This document shows positions 38,919 through 49,377 of a stretch of DNA of 64,000 bases, in pieces. Below the pieces are notes generated by a model. It did no database searches and was not told the DNA's origin. It saw only the letters and a program-made list of their open reading frames with translations. Both the position numbers and the translations under genes were made by a program. The stretch's first letter is position 1, and every line of letters starts with the position of its first letter. This stretch comes from Pseudomonadota bacterium (lineage in GTDB: Bacteria; UBA10199; 2-02-FULL-44-16; JAAZCA01), in contig JAZDOG010000100.1 of NCBI GenBank assembly GCA_043798915.1, positions 1 through 64,000 on the forward strand, written 5' to 3'.

Positions 38919-39665
38919 TCAAAACTCCCGTTTGAGGATGCGGACGGATGCACCCTTCACAAAAAAAAGCGCGGCCAGAAGAAGGTTCACCGCCAGTTCG
39001 GCCCTGTACACTATGAAGCCGTCGATATTGGCCGCGTTGGGCTCGCTGAACACATACAGCGGACTTCCCAAAAACCTGCCGGATGCATCGGGCTGCTGAA
39101 AAAAAGAGGCGAGCGAAAAGTGAAACGAACTTGCCGGCCAGAATGGATATATCTGATAATTGTACGTCAACGTGTCGGCGACGATATGCAGAAAATAACC
39201 GAGCGACAGATAGAAGAATGCCCCCTTGAAGCTGATCCTGCCCATCGCCAGTCTGACCAGAGGAAGGACGATGAGAGGTATGGCGACGGCCGCAAAGGGA
39301 GTGTGAAATATATTATGCGGCCTCCACATCCCCTCGGGGATCGAGCCAGTGATGTTCAGCAGGATCGAATCGAAGACATGCGTATAAGCCGAGAGTATCT
39401 GCCCGCCTATGAGGAGGCAGACAAAATAACTCTTTCGGTCCTCCTTCCTGTTCCAGAAGATCAGAAAAAAAAGCAGGGCGGCGTTTCCAAAGGTATCGTG
39501 GAGGTGCATCGCCCATGCGCCGGGCGGCAAAAAAATTGTCAGAGCGGAGAAAACGAGGAGAAAGAGGAGATAGTATGAGAGGCAAAGCGCGGTTTCCCTC
39601 CCGGTCGTGAGATCGACAGTGCCGGCAACAGCCGACGCGCAGGCAAAATGTCCTATCGGGGTCAT
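38919..39665 (-). CDS. Membrane-bound metal-dependent hydrolase (YdjM-like)
   Basis: MTPIGH, HNIFHT, GYFLHIVAD motifs. Confidence 0.65.
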   Translation of the reverse strand: MTPIGHFACASAVAGTVDLTTGRETALCLSYYLLFLLVFSALTIFLPPGAWAMHLHDTFGNAALLFFLIFWNRKEDRKSYFVCLLIGGQILSAYTHVFDSILLNITGSIPEGMWRPHNIFHTPFAAVAIPLIVLPLVRLAMGRISFKGAFFYLSLGYFLHIVADTLTYNYQIYPFWPASSFHFSLASFFQQPDASGRFLGSPLYVFSEPNAANIDGFIVYRAELAVNLLLAALFFVKGASVRILKREF

Positions 39666-39688
39666 TGTCTATTTCCTGCGAAGTTTAG

Positions 39689-40810
39689 CTAAAAAATCAA
39701 CCCGTGCCGGCGGCGAAGCTCCGCCCACGCCCGCATCATGGGCACCGCAAAGGCATAGGCCAGCAGGGCAACCGCCCATCCGGCCGCAATGTCTATCACC
39801 CAGTGATGTCTGAGATAAACGGTGGAGAACCATAAGCAGGTCACGAGCGGGATGCATGCATACCACACGGCCTTGCACATCCGGTTCAGATGGCGGAAGC
39901 GGAAGGCATAGATGAGCGCCACGGTGGAAATCCCGACATGCAGACTCGGGAAGGCGCCGCCGCTGATCACGGAGAGGCCGTCCCACGCACCCTGCAGCCG
40001 GTCGAAGAGGAAAAGGCCGTGGAGCCTCGCAGGCGTCGTGTACATCTGTTCGATGAAATACCTGGGCGGAGAGGCTGGCAGGAATACATATCCCACAAAT
40101 CCCATTATGAATACGAGAGTGAGGGTCAGCGCCATATGGCGGAAATCGAACCGCCGCCCCCACAGCGAAAGCAGGAACATTATGAACAGGGGCAGCGCAA
40201 AATACATGCCGTATGAGACTGAAAGCAGATCGGTGAGAATGGGCGAAAAAAACTTCTGGGCCCAGATCGTGGGCTCGACGCCGAATATCGCAACATCCCA
40301 TCCCATCAAGGTCCTCGCAAAATCGAAATCGGTCACCTGGCCCGCCACATCGTGCAGGTTCTCGTATATGAAGACGATGAGGAGAAAGGGCACCCAGTCC
40401 CTGAGGATATGGCTTATATCCTCCCGCCACTTGGCGGGGCTCTGCCACGCCCTCATGGCCATGGCCGAGGCCATGCAGATCATGGGCAGAAGCACCGACG
40501 TCTGACAGAGGCGCACATGACCGCCCAGCCCCAACACGGAGCCGATGAGGGCGATCGCCATGGCGATCAGGATGGCGAGGTCAAAGCCCATCGTCGCGAG
40601 CCAATACGTCGTGCGCGCTTTGACGCCGGAGACGATGCCGGGAAATCCTGCGCGAGCCCCTTCATGGAGACCGCTGAAGTCACTCCGTTCCCCGACCTCT
40701 CCCGTGGATAGATGTGAGGTAGCCATAAAGCCGGCGGATGCTATACCCGCCACCAGAAGATGACAATAAAAAAACGCTGTGGGACCAACTAGATAGGCTA
40801 AAAAAAACAT
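39689..40810 (-). CDS. AUR1/inositol-phosphorylceramide-synthase-like PAP2 protein
   Basis: PASPPRY, AFPSLH, YLRHHWVID; true start may be downstream (MATSH). Confidence 0.82.
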   Translation of the reverse strand: MFFLAYLVGPTAFFYCHLLVAGIASAGFMATSHLSTGEVGERSDFSGLHEGARAGFPGIVSGVKARTTYWLATMGFDLAILIAMAIALIGSVLGLGGHVRLCQTSVLLPMICMASAMAMRAWQSPAKWREDISHILRDWVPFLLIVFIYENLHDVAGQVTDFDFARTLMGWDVAIFGVEPTIWAQKFFSPILTDLLSVSYGMYFALPLFIMFLLSLWGRRFDFRHMALTLTLVFIMGFVGYVFLPASPPRYFIEQMYTTPARLHGLFLFDRLQGAWDGLSVISGGAFPSLHVGISTVALIYAFRFRHLNRMCKAVWYACIPLVTCLWFSTVYLRHHWVIDIAAGWAVALLAYAFAVPMMRAWAELRRRHGLIF

Positions 40811-40859
40811 CGATCATCGGCTGTCAGCCAGGAACTGATGAACAGGGGCTGTCCAAACA

Positions 40860-40888
40860 TTGACAAAGATGCCGTATTTGCTCATAAC
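40860..40888 (+). promoter_or_regulatory. Putative sigma70 promoter for the GT4 operon
   Basis: TTGACA-17 nt-CATAAC. Confidence 0.45.
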
Positions 40889-40900
40889 AGCATGAATTTT

Positions 40901-42025
40901 ATGAAAATCGGCATCGTCACAGAATATTTTTTTCCCACCTTGGGTGGAATAACCGAAAATATCCACCATTTTTCGCGTGAACTCCTGCGGCGCGGCCATG
41001 ATTTCAGAATAATCACGGGTTTTCGGGGAGAACCGGCTGAGATCGATCCGGAAATCAGACACAGGATGATCTTTGTCGGCCGAAATATCCCTGTTTTTTT
41101 CAACAAGTCGTGCGGCCGTCTCACCGTCGGGACAGGTTTGTCGAGGCGCGTCAGGGATATCTTGAGGGCACAGCGTTTCGACATCATCCACACCCATTCC
41201 CCGATGTTTCCAACTCTCCCAGTCATCGCCAACATGCAGACCGATGCGCCGATCGTAGGTACGTTCCACACCTGCACGAGCGGAGAACTCATCTACTATA
41301 AGCTCTATCGCAAAAAGCTGAGAACTTACCTCGAAAGGATGACGGGCCGCATCGCGGTCTCGGAATGCTGCGCGCAAGAAAATGAACGAGCGTTCGATGT
41401 GAGCTTCGACATCATCCCGAACGGCGTGGACACGGAATGGTGGTCGAAGGGTGCAGAGAAGATCCGCAAATTCGACGACGGGCGCATCAACATCCTCTTC
41501 CTGGGCCGTCCCGACAAGAGGAACGGCCTCGACACGCTCATCAGGGCGTTCGCGCGCGTCCACCGCACAAACCCCCGCACGCGGCTCATAGTCGTGGGGG
41601 ACGGTCCCCTCGCGTTTCATTTCAAACGCCTCGTCCCCGCTGATATCCGCGACGACGTCTCCTTCGAAGGCTCCGCAAGCAAGGCGCGGCGCGACTACGC
41701 CGCATCGGCCCACGTATTCTGTTTTCTCCCCTCCATCGCGTCGTTCGGCGTGACGATCCTCGAGGGGATGAGCGCCGGAAAGGCGATCATCGCATCCGAC
41801 ATAGAGGCATTTCGCGCGCTCGTCACACATGGGAGGAGCGCGCTTCTCGTCCCGCCCCAAGACGAGGATGCGCTGGCATCTGCGATCTCGAAACTTGCGG
41901 ACGATGCCGTGTTGCGCGAGCGGCTAGGGGGCACGGCCGCAGCCGATGCCGCCCGATACGACTGGAAGCGCGTGGCCGACAGACAGCTCGCATACTACGA
42001 ACAGATACTCAAATGTTCTCGATAG
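40901..42025 (+). CDS. GT4 glycosyltransferase, PimA-like
   Basis: MKIGIV..YFFP..GG, VGTFH, IPNGVD, FLGR..KRNG, SFGVTILEGM. Confidence 0.85.
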   Translation: MKIGIVTEYFFPTLGGITENIHHFSRELLRRGHDFRIITGFRGEPAEIDPEIRHRMIFVGRNIPVFFNKSCGRLTVGTGLSRRVRDILRAQRFDIIHTHSPMFPTLPVIANMQTDAPIVGTFHTCTSGELIYYKLYRKKLRTYLERMTGRIAVSECCAQENERAFDVSFDIIPNGVDTEWWSKGAEKIRKFDDGRINILFLGRPDKRNGLDTLIRAFARVHRTNPRTRLIVVGDGPLAFHFKRLVPADIRDDVSFEGSASKARRDYAASAHVFCFLPSIASFGVTILEGMSAGKAIIASDIEAFRALVTHGRSALLVPPQDEDALASAISKLADDAVLRERLGGTAAADAARYDWKRVADRQLAYYEQILKCSR

Positions 42026-42026
42026 C

Positions 42027-42992
42027 ATGAAAAAAACCGCACTCACGATCATCGGCTGGGTCATCTCCATCGCGCTTCTGGCGTCGCTGGCCACCAGGAT
42101 GGATTTCAGCACGCTATGGGCCGGAATGCTCGGGGCTTCGTGGTTCTGGCTGACCGCCGCGGCAATCATCAACATCGCCGTCGTCGCTCTGAAGGCACAG
42201 CGCTGGAAACAGCTCATGCAGACGGGGCAAAATGTGCCCTATGGGGGGATATTCAAGGCGACGGTGATAGGGATGGCCGGCAACAACGTCCTGCCAGCAC
42301 GTGGCGGCGACTGGATGAAGATATACCTCATCGACAAGTGGGCCGGCTCCGGCAAGGCGATGCTGGCATCGGTCATGGGGCTGGACAAGCTGTTCGACGG
42401 GCTCGCGATCCTCATCCTCTTCGGCTTCCTTTCGTTTCACTCGACGTTCCCGGCATGGGTGCAGCGCGGGACGATGATCGTATCGATAGTAATAGCCGTT
42501 TCGCTCGCCATCTGCATCATCCTGCTCCTGCATCATCGCCGCCTGCGCTCCGACCACCAGAAGGACACAGGGAGGCTCAGCCGGCTGGCGAGCCGCTTTG
42601 GCTCCGGGATGAGCGCACTCGCGAGCGGAAATCTGGTCGCCGCCACGATGGTGAACTCCGTGTTCATCTGCCTTTTGCAGGTAGCCACGATCTGGTGCTG
42701 CCAGATCGCGTTCGGGCAACATCTCGATGTATGGGTCCCGGCGCTGGTCTATGTCGCCATAAATCTTGCTATCATCGTCCCGTCCGCCCCGAGCGGCATC
42801 GGCCCCTTTGAAGCCGCAGCTGTGCTCGCCTACGGATGGCTTGGGGTCCATACTGAGACGGCCGGAGGCATAACGCTCATGTATCACGCCGTGCAGTTTT
42901 TTCCGATCACGATAATGGGATTCATATTCTACCTGGGCCGCGGCCATAGCCTGAAGTCGCCTGGACCCATGGTCGAAAAGGAGACAACATGA
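42027..42992 (+). CDS. Lysylphosphatidylglycerol-synthase TM (flippase-like) protein
   Basis: RWK, NNVLPARGGD, DKLFD, PSAPSGIGPFE. Confidence 0.85.
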   Translation: MKKTALTIIGWVISIALLASLATRMDFSTLWAGMLGASWFWLTAAAIINIAVVALKAQRWKQLMQTGQNVPYGGIFKATVIGMAGNNVLPARGGDWMKIYLIDKWAGSGKAMLASVMGLDKLFDGLAILILFGFLSFHSTFPAWVQRGTMIVSIVIAVSLAICIILLLHHRRLRSDHQKDTGRLSRLASRFGSGMSALASGNLVAATMVNSVFICLLQVATIWCCQIAFGQHLDVWVPALVYVAINLAIIVPSAPSGIGPFEAAAVLAYGWLGVHTETAGGITLMYHAVQFFPITIMGFIFYLGRGHSLKSPGPMVEKETT

Positions 42993-43810
42993 AAGACAAC
43001 TACATCGTAGGAATCATCGGCGCCGGAAACATGGGTGAGGCGCTGGTCAAGGGCCTGCTCAGGTCGAACCTCGTCCGCCCCTATGAGATCATCGCCTCTG
43101 CGCACACAGCGAAACGAGTGAGGTTTCTCGAAAAGACATACGGGATCCACACGACGCGGAAAAACCTCGCGGTCACGTCCGCCAGCGACACAATCATACT
43201 GGGGGTGAAGCCCCAGGACCTCGCAGGGGTCTGCGAGAAAATCAAACCGGCGATGACGGGCGACCACCTCGTGATATCGATCGCCGCCGGCGTCGATTTC
43301 GCGCGGCTCCGCCAGATGCTGGGACCCAGGCCCCGGCTTATACGCGTCATGCCAAACCTTCCGGCCGTGATCGACGAGGGCATCAGCGCCATATTCTGCG
43401 GGCCGAGGATGCCGGAGCGCTACCGGCGTTTCACGCACCAGATATTTCAGGCGGTGGGGCAGACGGTGGACGTGCGCGAAGAGCGCCTCATGGACGTCGT
43501 CACCGGCCTTTCCGGAACGGGCCCCGCCTACTTTTTTGCAATGATGGAGGCGCTGCAAGATGCCGGAAAAAAACTGGGGCTCACTGACCAGATGTCGCGA
43601 ATGCTGACGCTGCAGACGGCCGTGGGCGCAGCCGAGATGGCCCTCCAGACCGAATTGAGCCCCAGGGAACTCAGGCGCCGCGTCACCTCCAAAAAGGGGA
43701 CGACCTGGGCGGCCATGAAGCACCTCAAACGCAAGAAGTTCTGGAACACGATGGAGGACGCGGTGCGCGTGGCGACGAAGAGGGCAAAGCAGCTCAGGAA
43801 GATCAGATGA
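42989..43810 (+). CDS. proC: Pyrroline-5-carboxylate reductase
   Basis: IGAGNMG, VKPQ, SIAAG, RVMPN, LSGTGPAY, VTSKKGTT. Confidence 0.95.
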   Translation: MKDNYIVGIIGAGNMGEALVKGLLRSNLVRPYEIIASAHTAKRVRFLEKTYGIHTTRKNLAVTSASDTIILGVKPQDLAGVCEKIKPAMTGDHLVISIAAGVDFARLRQMLGPRPRLIRVMPNLPAVIDEGISAIFCGPRMPERYRRFTHQIFQAVGQTVDVREERLMDVVTGLSGTGPAYFFAMMEALQDAGKKLGLTDQMSRMLTLQTAVGAAEMALQTELSPRELRRRVTSKKGTTWAAMKHLKRKKFWNTMEDAVRVATKRAKQLRKIR

Positions 43811-43837
43811 GCGTGGCGAAATTTGCGCAACAGGCCC

Positions 43838-44473
43838 TTATCTCATGTTCTTCCTGACCGGCGTTCTCAATTCAACATCCAGTGGTGCTGATACAAACGC
43901 TGGGGCCCAGAACGCGTCCGATTCAAAGTCACGACGACAATTCTCAATACTATCCTTGATTGAAGGTGCCGATGTGGGCGCGACGACCGCTGGGGACGAA
44001 GGAAGAATCCGATAATCCACGCGGTATGTGCCGGACTCGGGCGGAGTCCAGAATCCCCCGCTACAACCCCAGTCACGAAACACCATCGTTTTTGATTCAT
44101 TTGGTTTGAGTTTCAGCACGGCTTGTGAAGGATTCTCCTGGTCCATAACACACTGGCACGAGTGAAACATTACCCGGCGCCCACCGGAGGGCACGCGGGT
44201 AAAGACCAAACCATGCTCACCCAAGTTTCTGAGAGATATCTCATCTAAACCCTTATTTTGAATCGCGACCTCAACTGAGCCCTCCAGTGCCGTGACGGGA
44301 GTTTTGGTCCTGGGGAAGTGATAACTGGCCAATCGCAGAGGCTGTATGATGCGAAGGGAAACCGCCACGGAGCCGCGAGCTGCGAGAGCTGCAGGCGGAG
44401 AGAACACCCCGGCAACAAAAAACGCCAGAAAGAATATGCGCCCAATGAAAACTGATCGTTGCTTGAAAGTCAC
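43838..44473 (-). CDS. Hypothetical exported protein
   Basis: Signal-peptide-like N-terminus (ALA|A), 4 Cys, lower GC. Confidence 0.6.
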   Translation of the reverse strand: MTFKQRSVFIGRIFFLAFFVAGVFSPPAALAARGSVAVSLRIIQPLRLASYHFPRTKTPVTALEGSVEVAIQNKGLDEISLRNLGEHGLVFTRVPSGGRRVMFHSCQCVMDQENPSQAVLKLKPNESKTMVFRDWGCSGGFWTPPESGTYRVDYRILPSSPAVVAPTSAPSIKDSIENCRRDFESDAFWAPAFVSAPLDVELRTPVRKNMR

Positions 44474-44510
44474 TACCCCTCCCCGCGCCTACAGACGCGA
44501 TTCCTCTTGG

Positions 44511-44819
44511 TCAACGCAGCATTCCACGGCCGATATCGAGGAGGATTCCGCCCACCACCGTGTCCAGGATGACGAGCAGGATCAGAACGATGATTGGCGA
44601 TATATCTATGCGTATGCGAAGCAGAGCGGCCGGAAGGATGCGACGGACAAATCTGAAAGCCGGCTCGGTGAGGCCAAAGAGGATTCTGACGATCGGGTTG
44701 TACGGATCCGGGTTCACCCATGAGATCAGCGCTGCGACGACGACGATCATGGTGTAGATGTTGATGACGAGGCCCACGACTTTCGCCAGGGCGATGATGA
44801 GATAACCCAAGACCGACAT
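44511..44819 (-). CDS. yggT: YggT-family membrane protein
   Basis: SWVNPDPYNPIV...LTEP...IDISPI. Confidence 0.92.
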   Translation of the reverse strand: MSVLGYLIIALAKVVGLVINIYTMIVVVAALISWVNPDPYNPIVRILFGLTEPAFRFVRRILPAALLRIRIDISPIIVLILLVILDTVVGGILLDIGRGMLR

Positions 44820-45192
44820 ATTGCCTCCGTGATCAACAGTCAGCTATCAGACGCTTCTTGATAGCGTTGATTTGGTCAAGACCATATCAACAAATGGAGT
44901 TAATTTGGTCGGAACACTTCTCACATTAAAAACTTATAAGTAAAAACAGCTAGTTAGAATAGCTAACGTCCTGAACGTTAGCAAGTAATTATTAACAGAC
45001 CACCAGCCACGACTTGCTCCGTCTGACCGGTTTTTCATTTCAGGTATGAAAATGTCGGAAAATGTAGTAATTGTGCACATTGGAAGACGACCTGTGGATG
45101 TGTTTAAAAAAGATGAAAGGAATTCCGCTGACTCATACCGCGGCATGAAGGTCGCTGTTTTCGGCGGGTTCCCTGTAATTTCTATCCAGTTG

Positions 45193-45492
45193 ATGAAACC
45201 TCAGATTCATGAAAAAGATGGCGGTCTGACGCTCGAATGCATCGTGAGCCCGCGCGCTGGAAGGAGCGCCATCAAGGGCGTGCGCGACGGGGCTCTCCTC
45301 GTCGCCTTGGCCGCCCCGCCGGTCGAAGGCAGGGCAAACGAGATCCTCGTTCGGTTCATCGCCGAACTCCTCTCCATATCGCCATCACGCGTCGGGCTCG
45401 TTCGCGGCGGGCGTTCAAGAAAAAAACTGTTATTTATCAGCGGCATAGATAAAAAGGCGGCGCTGAAAAAACTTTACTTTATGGGCGAGTAG
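45193..45492 (+). CDS. DUF167 (YggU)-family protein
   Basis: VSPRA...AAPPVEGRANE...GGRSRKK. Confidence 0.88.
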   Translation: MKPQIHEKDGGLTLECIVSPRAGRSAIKGVRDGALLVALAAPPVEGRANEILVRFIAELLSISPSRVGLVRGGRSRKKLLFISGIDKKAALKKLYFMGE

Positions 45493-45551
45493 GTTAAAAT
45501 GGTGACAAAAGTCCACAGGGGGACCTGGGGAATCCAATCCCAGGAGTCGCG

Positions 45552-45839
45552 ATGCCGATCTACGAATATCACTGCAAGTCCTGCAAAAAAGATTTTGAGG
45601 TCCTTCAGAAGCTCTCCGAACCCAACCTCGCCGCCTGCCCGGACTGCGGAAAAAAAGCGAAACGGCTTATCTCTCAGACCAGCTTCTCCCTCAAGGGAGG
45701 AGGATGGCACAAAGATGGCTATGCATCTAAACCGGCTGGAGCAAAAAGCGACTCCAAACCTGGGGAGTCAGCGACGAAGGAATCCAGCCAGAAGAAGAAC
45801 GAAAAAAAGGCGGACAAACCGCCGCCAAAAAATCCGTGA
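45552..45839 (+). CDS. FmdB-family zinc-ribbon protein
   Basis: MPIYEYHCKSC...CPDCG...FSLKGGGW. Confidence 0.9.
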   Translation: MPIYEYHCKSCKKDFEVLQKLSEPNLAACPDCGKKAKRLISQTSFSLKGGGWHKDGYASKPAGAKSDSKPGESATKESSQKKNEKKADKPPPKNP

Positions 45840-45842
45840 CTC

Positions 45843-46463
45843 ATGGTTGAAAAGGTAGACAGACCCGAAGCTCCGAACCCTTATCAGATCACGAGGGCCA
45901 AGGACGCCAAGGAGGATCAGCACAAGCCTCCGGATGAACGCGAAGACCAGGAGAAGCGATACAAGAAGCAGATCGAGGAAAAAGAATGGAGCAAGTTCGA
46001 CAGGCACGCTACGACGATAAAGCCGGTGCGCGTCGCAAGGGATCAGATACTCAGGTGCCTCTTCAGGGGGACCAATCTCCGCAGCGGCGTAGCGATCCTG
46101 TCGGTGGACGTGCACTGGAGGGACGGCCGCAAGACCCCGGGCGCACTCATCCTGCTTTCGCGCCTGGAGGACTTCATCCGGCTCAAGAAGTTTCTCCCGG
46201 GGCAAGAGGTCCCGGATGAATTCTGGGGACGGGGGCCGGCGGTGGAACTGGGGATAATACAGGCCGCCGCGGGCAGCGCGGTCCCTGAGATGGAAAACAG
46301 GGTTGTTGCCGCGCATGAAAAACCCCGCCGTCCCGCCCGCTGGCTGTCGGCAATCGGGCTCACAAAGGGCGATGGGCGCCGCATCAACTGGGGCATTTTA
46401 GTTCTCTACATCTTCCTCTTCGCGGTTGTTGCGTTCGGGGTAGTTGTGGAAATGGGGCGGTAA
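45843..46463 (+). CDS. Hypothetical protein with C-terminal TM anchor
   Basis: Stop abuts the kinase ATG (taaATG); hydrophobic C-terminus. Confidence 0.65.
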   Translation: MVEKVDRPEAPNPYQITRAKDAKEDQHKPPDEREDQEKRYKKQIEEKEWSKFDRHATTIKPVRVARDQILRCLFRGTNLRSGVAILSVDVHWRDGRKTPGALILLSRLEDFIRLKKFLPGQEVPDEFWGRGPAVELGIIQAAAGSAVPEMENRVVAAHEKPRRPARWLSAIGLTKGDGRRINWGILVLYIFLFAVVAFGVVVEMGR

Positions 46464-49364
46464 ATGGACGAGTTCGAACCAAAACAGTTCGGCAAATACT
46501 ACCTTCTCGAAAAGCTGGCGGTGGGAGGGATGGCCGAGATCTACAAGGCCAAGACCTTCGGCGTAGACGGCTTCGAGAAGGAGCTGGCCATCAAGCGCAT
46601 CCTCCCGCACTGCTCCGCCGACAAAGACTTCATAACGATGCTGATCGACGAGGCCAAGCTCTCGGTCATGCTCTCGCACGCCAACATCGTCCAGGTCTAC
46701 GACCTGGGCAAGGTGCACGACGACTATTTCATCTCGATGGAGTTCATCCATGGCGTGAACCTGCGCGACCTCATGTACCGCTGCCGCGAGGACAAAGTGC
46801 AGATGTCCGTGGACCTCGCGGTCTACGTCATCTCTGAGATATGCAAGGGCCTGGACTACGCCCACAGAAAGACCGACCCGCATGACAACAAGCCTCTGAA
46901 CATCGTCCACCGAGACATAAGCCCGCAGAACGTCCTGCTCTCCTATGAGGGCGAGGTGAAAATAGTGGACTTCGGCATCGCCAAGGCCGCGATGAACATC
47001 TCGCACACGATGGCCGGCATCCTCAAAGGGAAGATCGCCTACATGTCGCCGGAACAGGCGATGGGAAAATCGATAGACAGGCGCACCGACATCTTCTCCA
47101 CCGGAATTCTCCTCTACGAGCTCATCGCGGGGCAGAAGCTCTACACGGGCGAGAGCCAGTTCGAGGTGCTCAAGAAGATCAGGACCACCAGGATAACGCC
47201 GGAGACGCTCCCGAACACGATCCCGGCGCCGCTCAAGCCCATCGTGGCGAAGGCCCTCGCATACGACATCGACGCCAGGTTCCAGTTCGCGGGCGACCTG
47301 CAGATCGAACTCACCAAGTTCCTCTATTCCACCTACAGCGATTTTTCGCCCCGCAAGCTCGCCGCCTTCATCCACGAGGTGTTCACGAGGGAAGTCGGCG
47401 GCGAACAGGTGAAGTCCGCCCGCGAGGCCGCGGTCGAACAGCAGACCTCATCGATGAGCCTCAACGAGAGGGCCAAACAGCTGGAGATCGTCCACAGGGA
47501 GTCCTCCTTTCCGCAGGTGGGTGATACCGCTCGAGCGAAAGGCCCGGGCGAGGCTCTCCTCCAGACCATGATGTCGCCGGCCGATCGCCGGGCAGCGCCT
47601 CCCGCCGCCGGCGAAGCAGATACGGATCGCCGCAGGGTTCGCAAGAAAGGCCGGGGAATATTTAAAGCGCTGGCAGCCATGATGATCCTGGCGGCCGGGC
47701 TCTATGCCGCACAGCGCTTCGTCCCCGAATTGCGTTTCTGGGAAAAATTTCTGCCGGTCGCTCCCGTCGTGAACGCGACCGCCGGCAACGCCAGCGTGAC
47801 ATCCGAGCCTCCGGGGGCGCAGATCATCCTCAATGGCGCAGCCACGGGCAAGACCACGCCCGCGATCCTGGAGGGTCTCGCTGCCGGCCGTGAACACACG
47901 ATCCGCGCCGAGATGGAGAACTTCGGTCCAGCCGAGAAAAGGGTGGCGATCACCGGCGGCGCACTCGTAGAAGTTGCCCTCAAACTCATCGAGCCGAAGG
48001 GGATGCTCAATATCATCACGGATCCGCCGGGGGCCGCCATCATGATCGAGGGCAGGCTCACCGGCCTCAACACGCCTGCGGCGCTTGAAAACCTGCCTCT
48101 CGGCAAAGACCAGCGGATCACGCTCTCGAAGCCCGACTACGAGGACTTCGAGCAGGTGGTCAACCTCACCACGACCAAGCCGCAGAAGATATCCACGCAC
48201 CTCAAGTCCATAGTCCCCCAGAGCGGCAAGCTCATGATCACGTCCACGCCCGCGGGAGCAGCCGTCTGGATCAACGGAAAGGACATCGGCCGCACCACAC
48301 CGGCGACGATCGCGAACCTCGAACCAAAAAAATACGTCATACAGCTGGCCATGAACGGATACGACGGATGGAGCGGCAATTTAGACGTCGGGGCGGACCA
48401 GACGGTGCCGGTGGATGCGCTGCTCATGAAGACTGCCGCGCCTCCCGCTCTGCCGCCGCCTGCAACTCCGCCTTTGACTCCACCTACGACTCCGCCTTTG
48501 ACTCCGCCCACAACCCCGCCCGTGGTTGAAAAACCCGTGACGGCGCCTCCTGCGGCCCCGACCGAAGCTGAAAAAGCGGCTACCGCCGGGAAGGGCTCGC
48601 TGCGCGTGACATCGAACCCTGCGGGCGCGGCGGTCCTGCTCAACGGCGGCAGCACTGGCAGGAGGACCCCGGCGGTGATCGAAGACCTGAAGATCGGTTC
48701 TTCATACAATATCCGGTTTGATCTCGAGGGCTACAAGAGCGTCACCCGGAAAAAATCCATTCAGAAACCGTCCGACACCCTCTATGCGGAGCTCTCGAAG
48801 GAAGAGCAGAAGGCCCCGCCTCCGGAAACTCCGAGGATCGAGACCCCGCCGCCAGCGGAGACACCCAAACCCGCGAAGATCGAGCCTGTGAAACCCGAGC
48901 CCGCAAAGCCCGAGCCCGAGACTGCGGCGAAGGGCGGCACGGGCACGATCAGGGTCGCGTCCAATCCCTCCGGCGCCGATGTCTTCATCAATTCAGAGCT
49001 CAAGGGCCGGACGCCGATCACCGTCACCGTGCCCTCCGGCACCGTGAGCGTCCTGATCAACAAGGAGGGCGCGGCAAGGGTCAGCAGGCAGGTCACCGTG
49101 AAACCCGGACAGACGGTGAACCTCACCGACATCAACCTAGGGGATCTCTACGGAGAGGTGAGCCTCTCCTCCGATCCGCCGCGCGCACAGGTGATCTTCG
49201 ACGGGCAGGCGATCCCGGCCCCGACGCCGGTCACGGTGCGCCGCGTGCGCCGCGACCAGCAGCACTCCGTCACTATACAGCTCCCCGGCTACCGGAGTTG
49301 GAGCAAGAGTTTCTCTATGGACGAAGGGAACAAGTCCTTCAGCGCAACGCTGCAGCAGCAGTGA
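46464..49364 (+). CDS. Membrane Ser/Thr protein kinase with multiple PEGA domains
   Basis: GGMAEIY, AIK, HRDISPQN, DFG, YMSPE; TM; about six S.P.GA.. PEGA repeats; Pro-rich linkers. Confidence 0.93.
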   Translation: MDEFEPKQFGKYYLLEKLAVGGMAEIYKAKTFGVDGFEKELAIKRILPHCSADKDFITMLIDEAKLSVMLSHANIVQVYDLGKVHDDYFISMEFIHGVNLRDLMYRCREDKVQMSVDLAVYVISEICKGLDYAHRKTDPHDNKPLNIVHRDISPQNVLLSYEGEVKIVDFGIAKAAMNISHTMAGILKGKIAYMSPEQAMGKSIDRRTDIFSTGILLYELIAGQKLYTGESQFEVLKKIRTTRITPETLPNTIPAPLKPIVAKALAYDIDARFQFAGDLQIELTKFLYSTYSDFSPRKLAAFIHEVFTREVGGEQVKSAREAAVEQQTSSMSLNERAKQLEIVHRESSFPQVGDTARAKGPGEALLQTMMSPADRRAAPPAAGEADTDRRRVRKKGRGIFKALAAMMILAAGLYAAQRFVPELRFWEKFLPVAPVVNATAGNASVTSEPPGAQIILNGAATGKTTPAILEGLAAGREHTIRAEMENFGPAEKRVAITGGALVEVALKLIEPKGMLNIITDPPGAAIMIEGRLTGLNTPAALENLPLGKDQRITLSKPDYEDFEQVVNLTTTKPQKISTHLKSIVPQSGKLMITSTPAGAAVWINGKDIGRTTPATIANLEPKKYVIQLAMNGYDGWSGNLDVGADQTVPVDALLMKTAAPPALPPPATPPLTPPTTPPLTPPTTPPVVEKPVTAPPAAPTEAEKAATAGKGSLRVTSNPAGAAVLLNGGSTGRRTPAVIEDLKIGSSYNIRFDLEGYKSVTRKKSIQKPSDTLYAELSKEEQKAPPPETPRIETPPPAETPKPAKIEPVKPEPAKPEPETAAKGGTGTIRVASNPSGADVFINSELKGRTPITVTVPSGTVSVLINKEGAARVSRQVTVKPGQTVNLTDINLGDLYGEVSLSSDPPRAQVIFDGQAIPAPTPVTVRRVRRDQQHSVTIQLPGYRSWSKSFSMDEGNKSFSATLQQQ
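48465..48512 (+). repeat. 24-bp coding tandem repeat (TPPLTPPT x2)
   Basis: actccgcctttgactccacctacg / actccgcctttgactccgcccaca. Confidence 0.8.
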
Positions 49365-49377
49365 AAAAGGAGTTCAC

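Noticed and set aside
44820..45192. Possible replication origin in the AT-rich spacer
   Set aside because: No convincing TTATCCACA DnaA-box cluster and no dnaA-type context.
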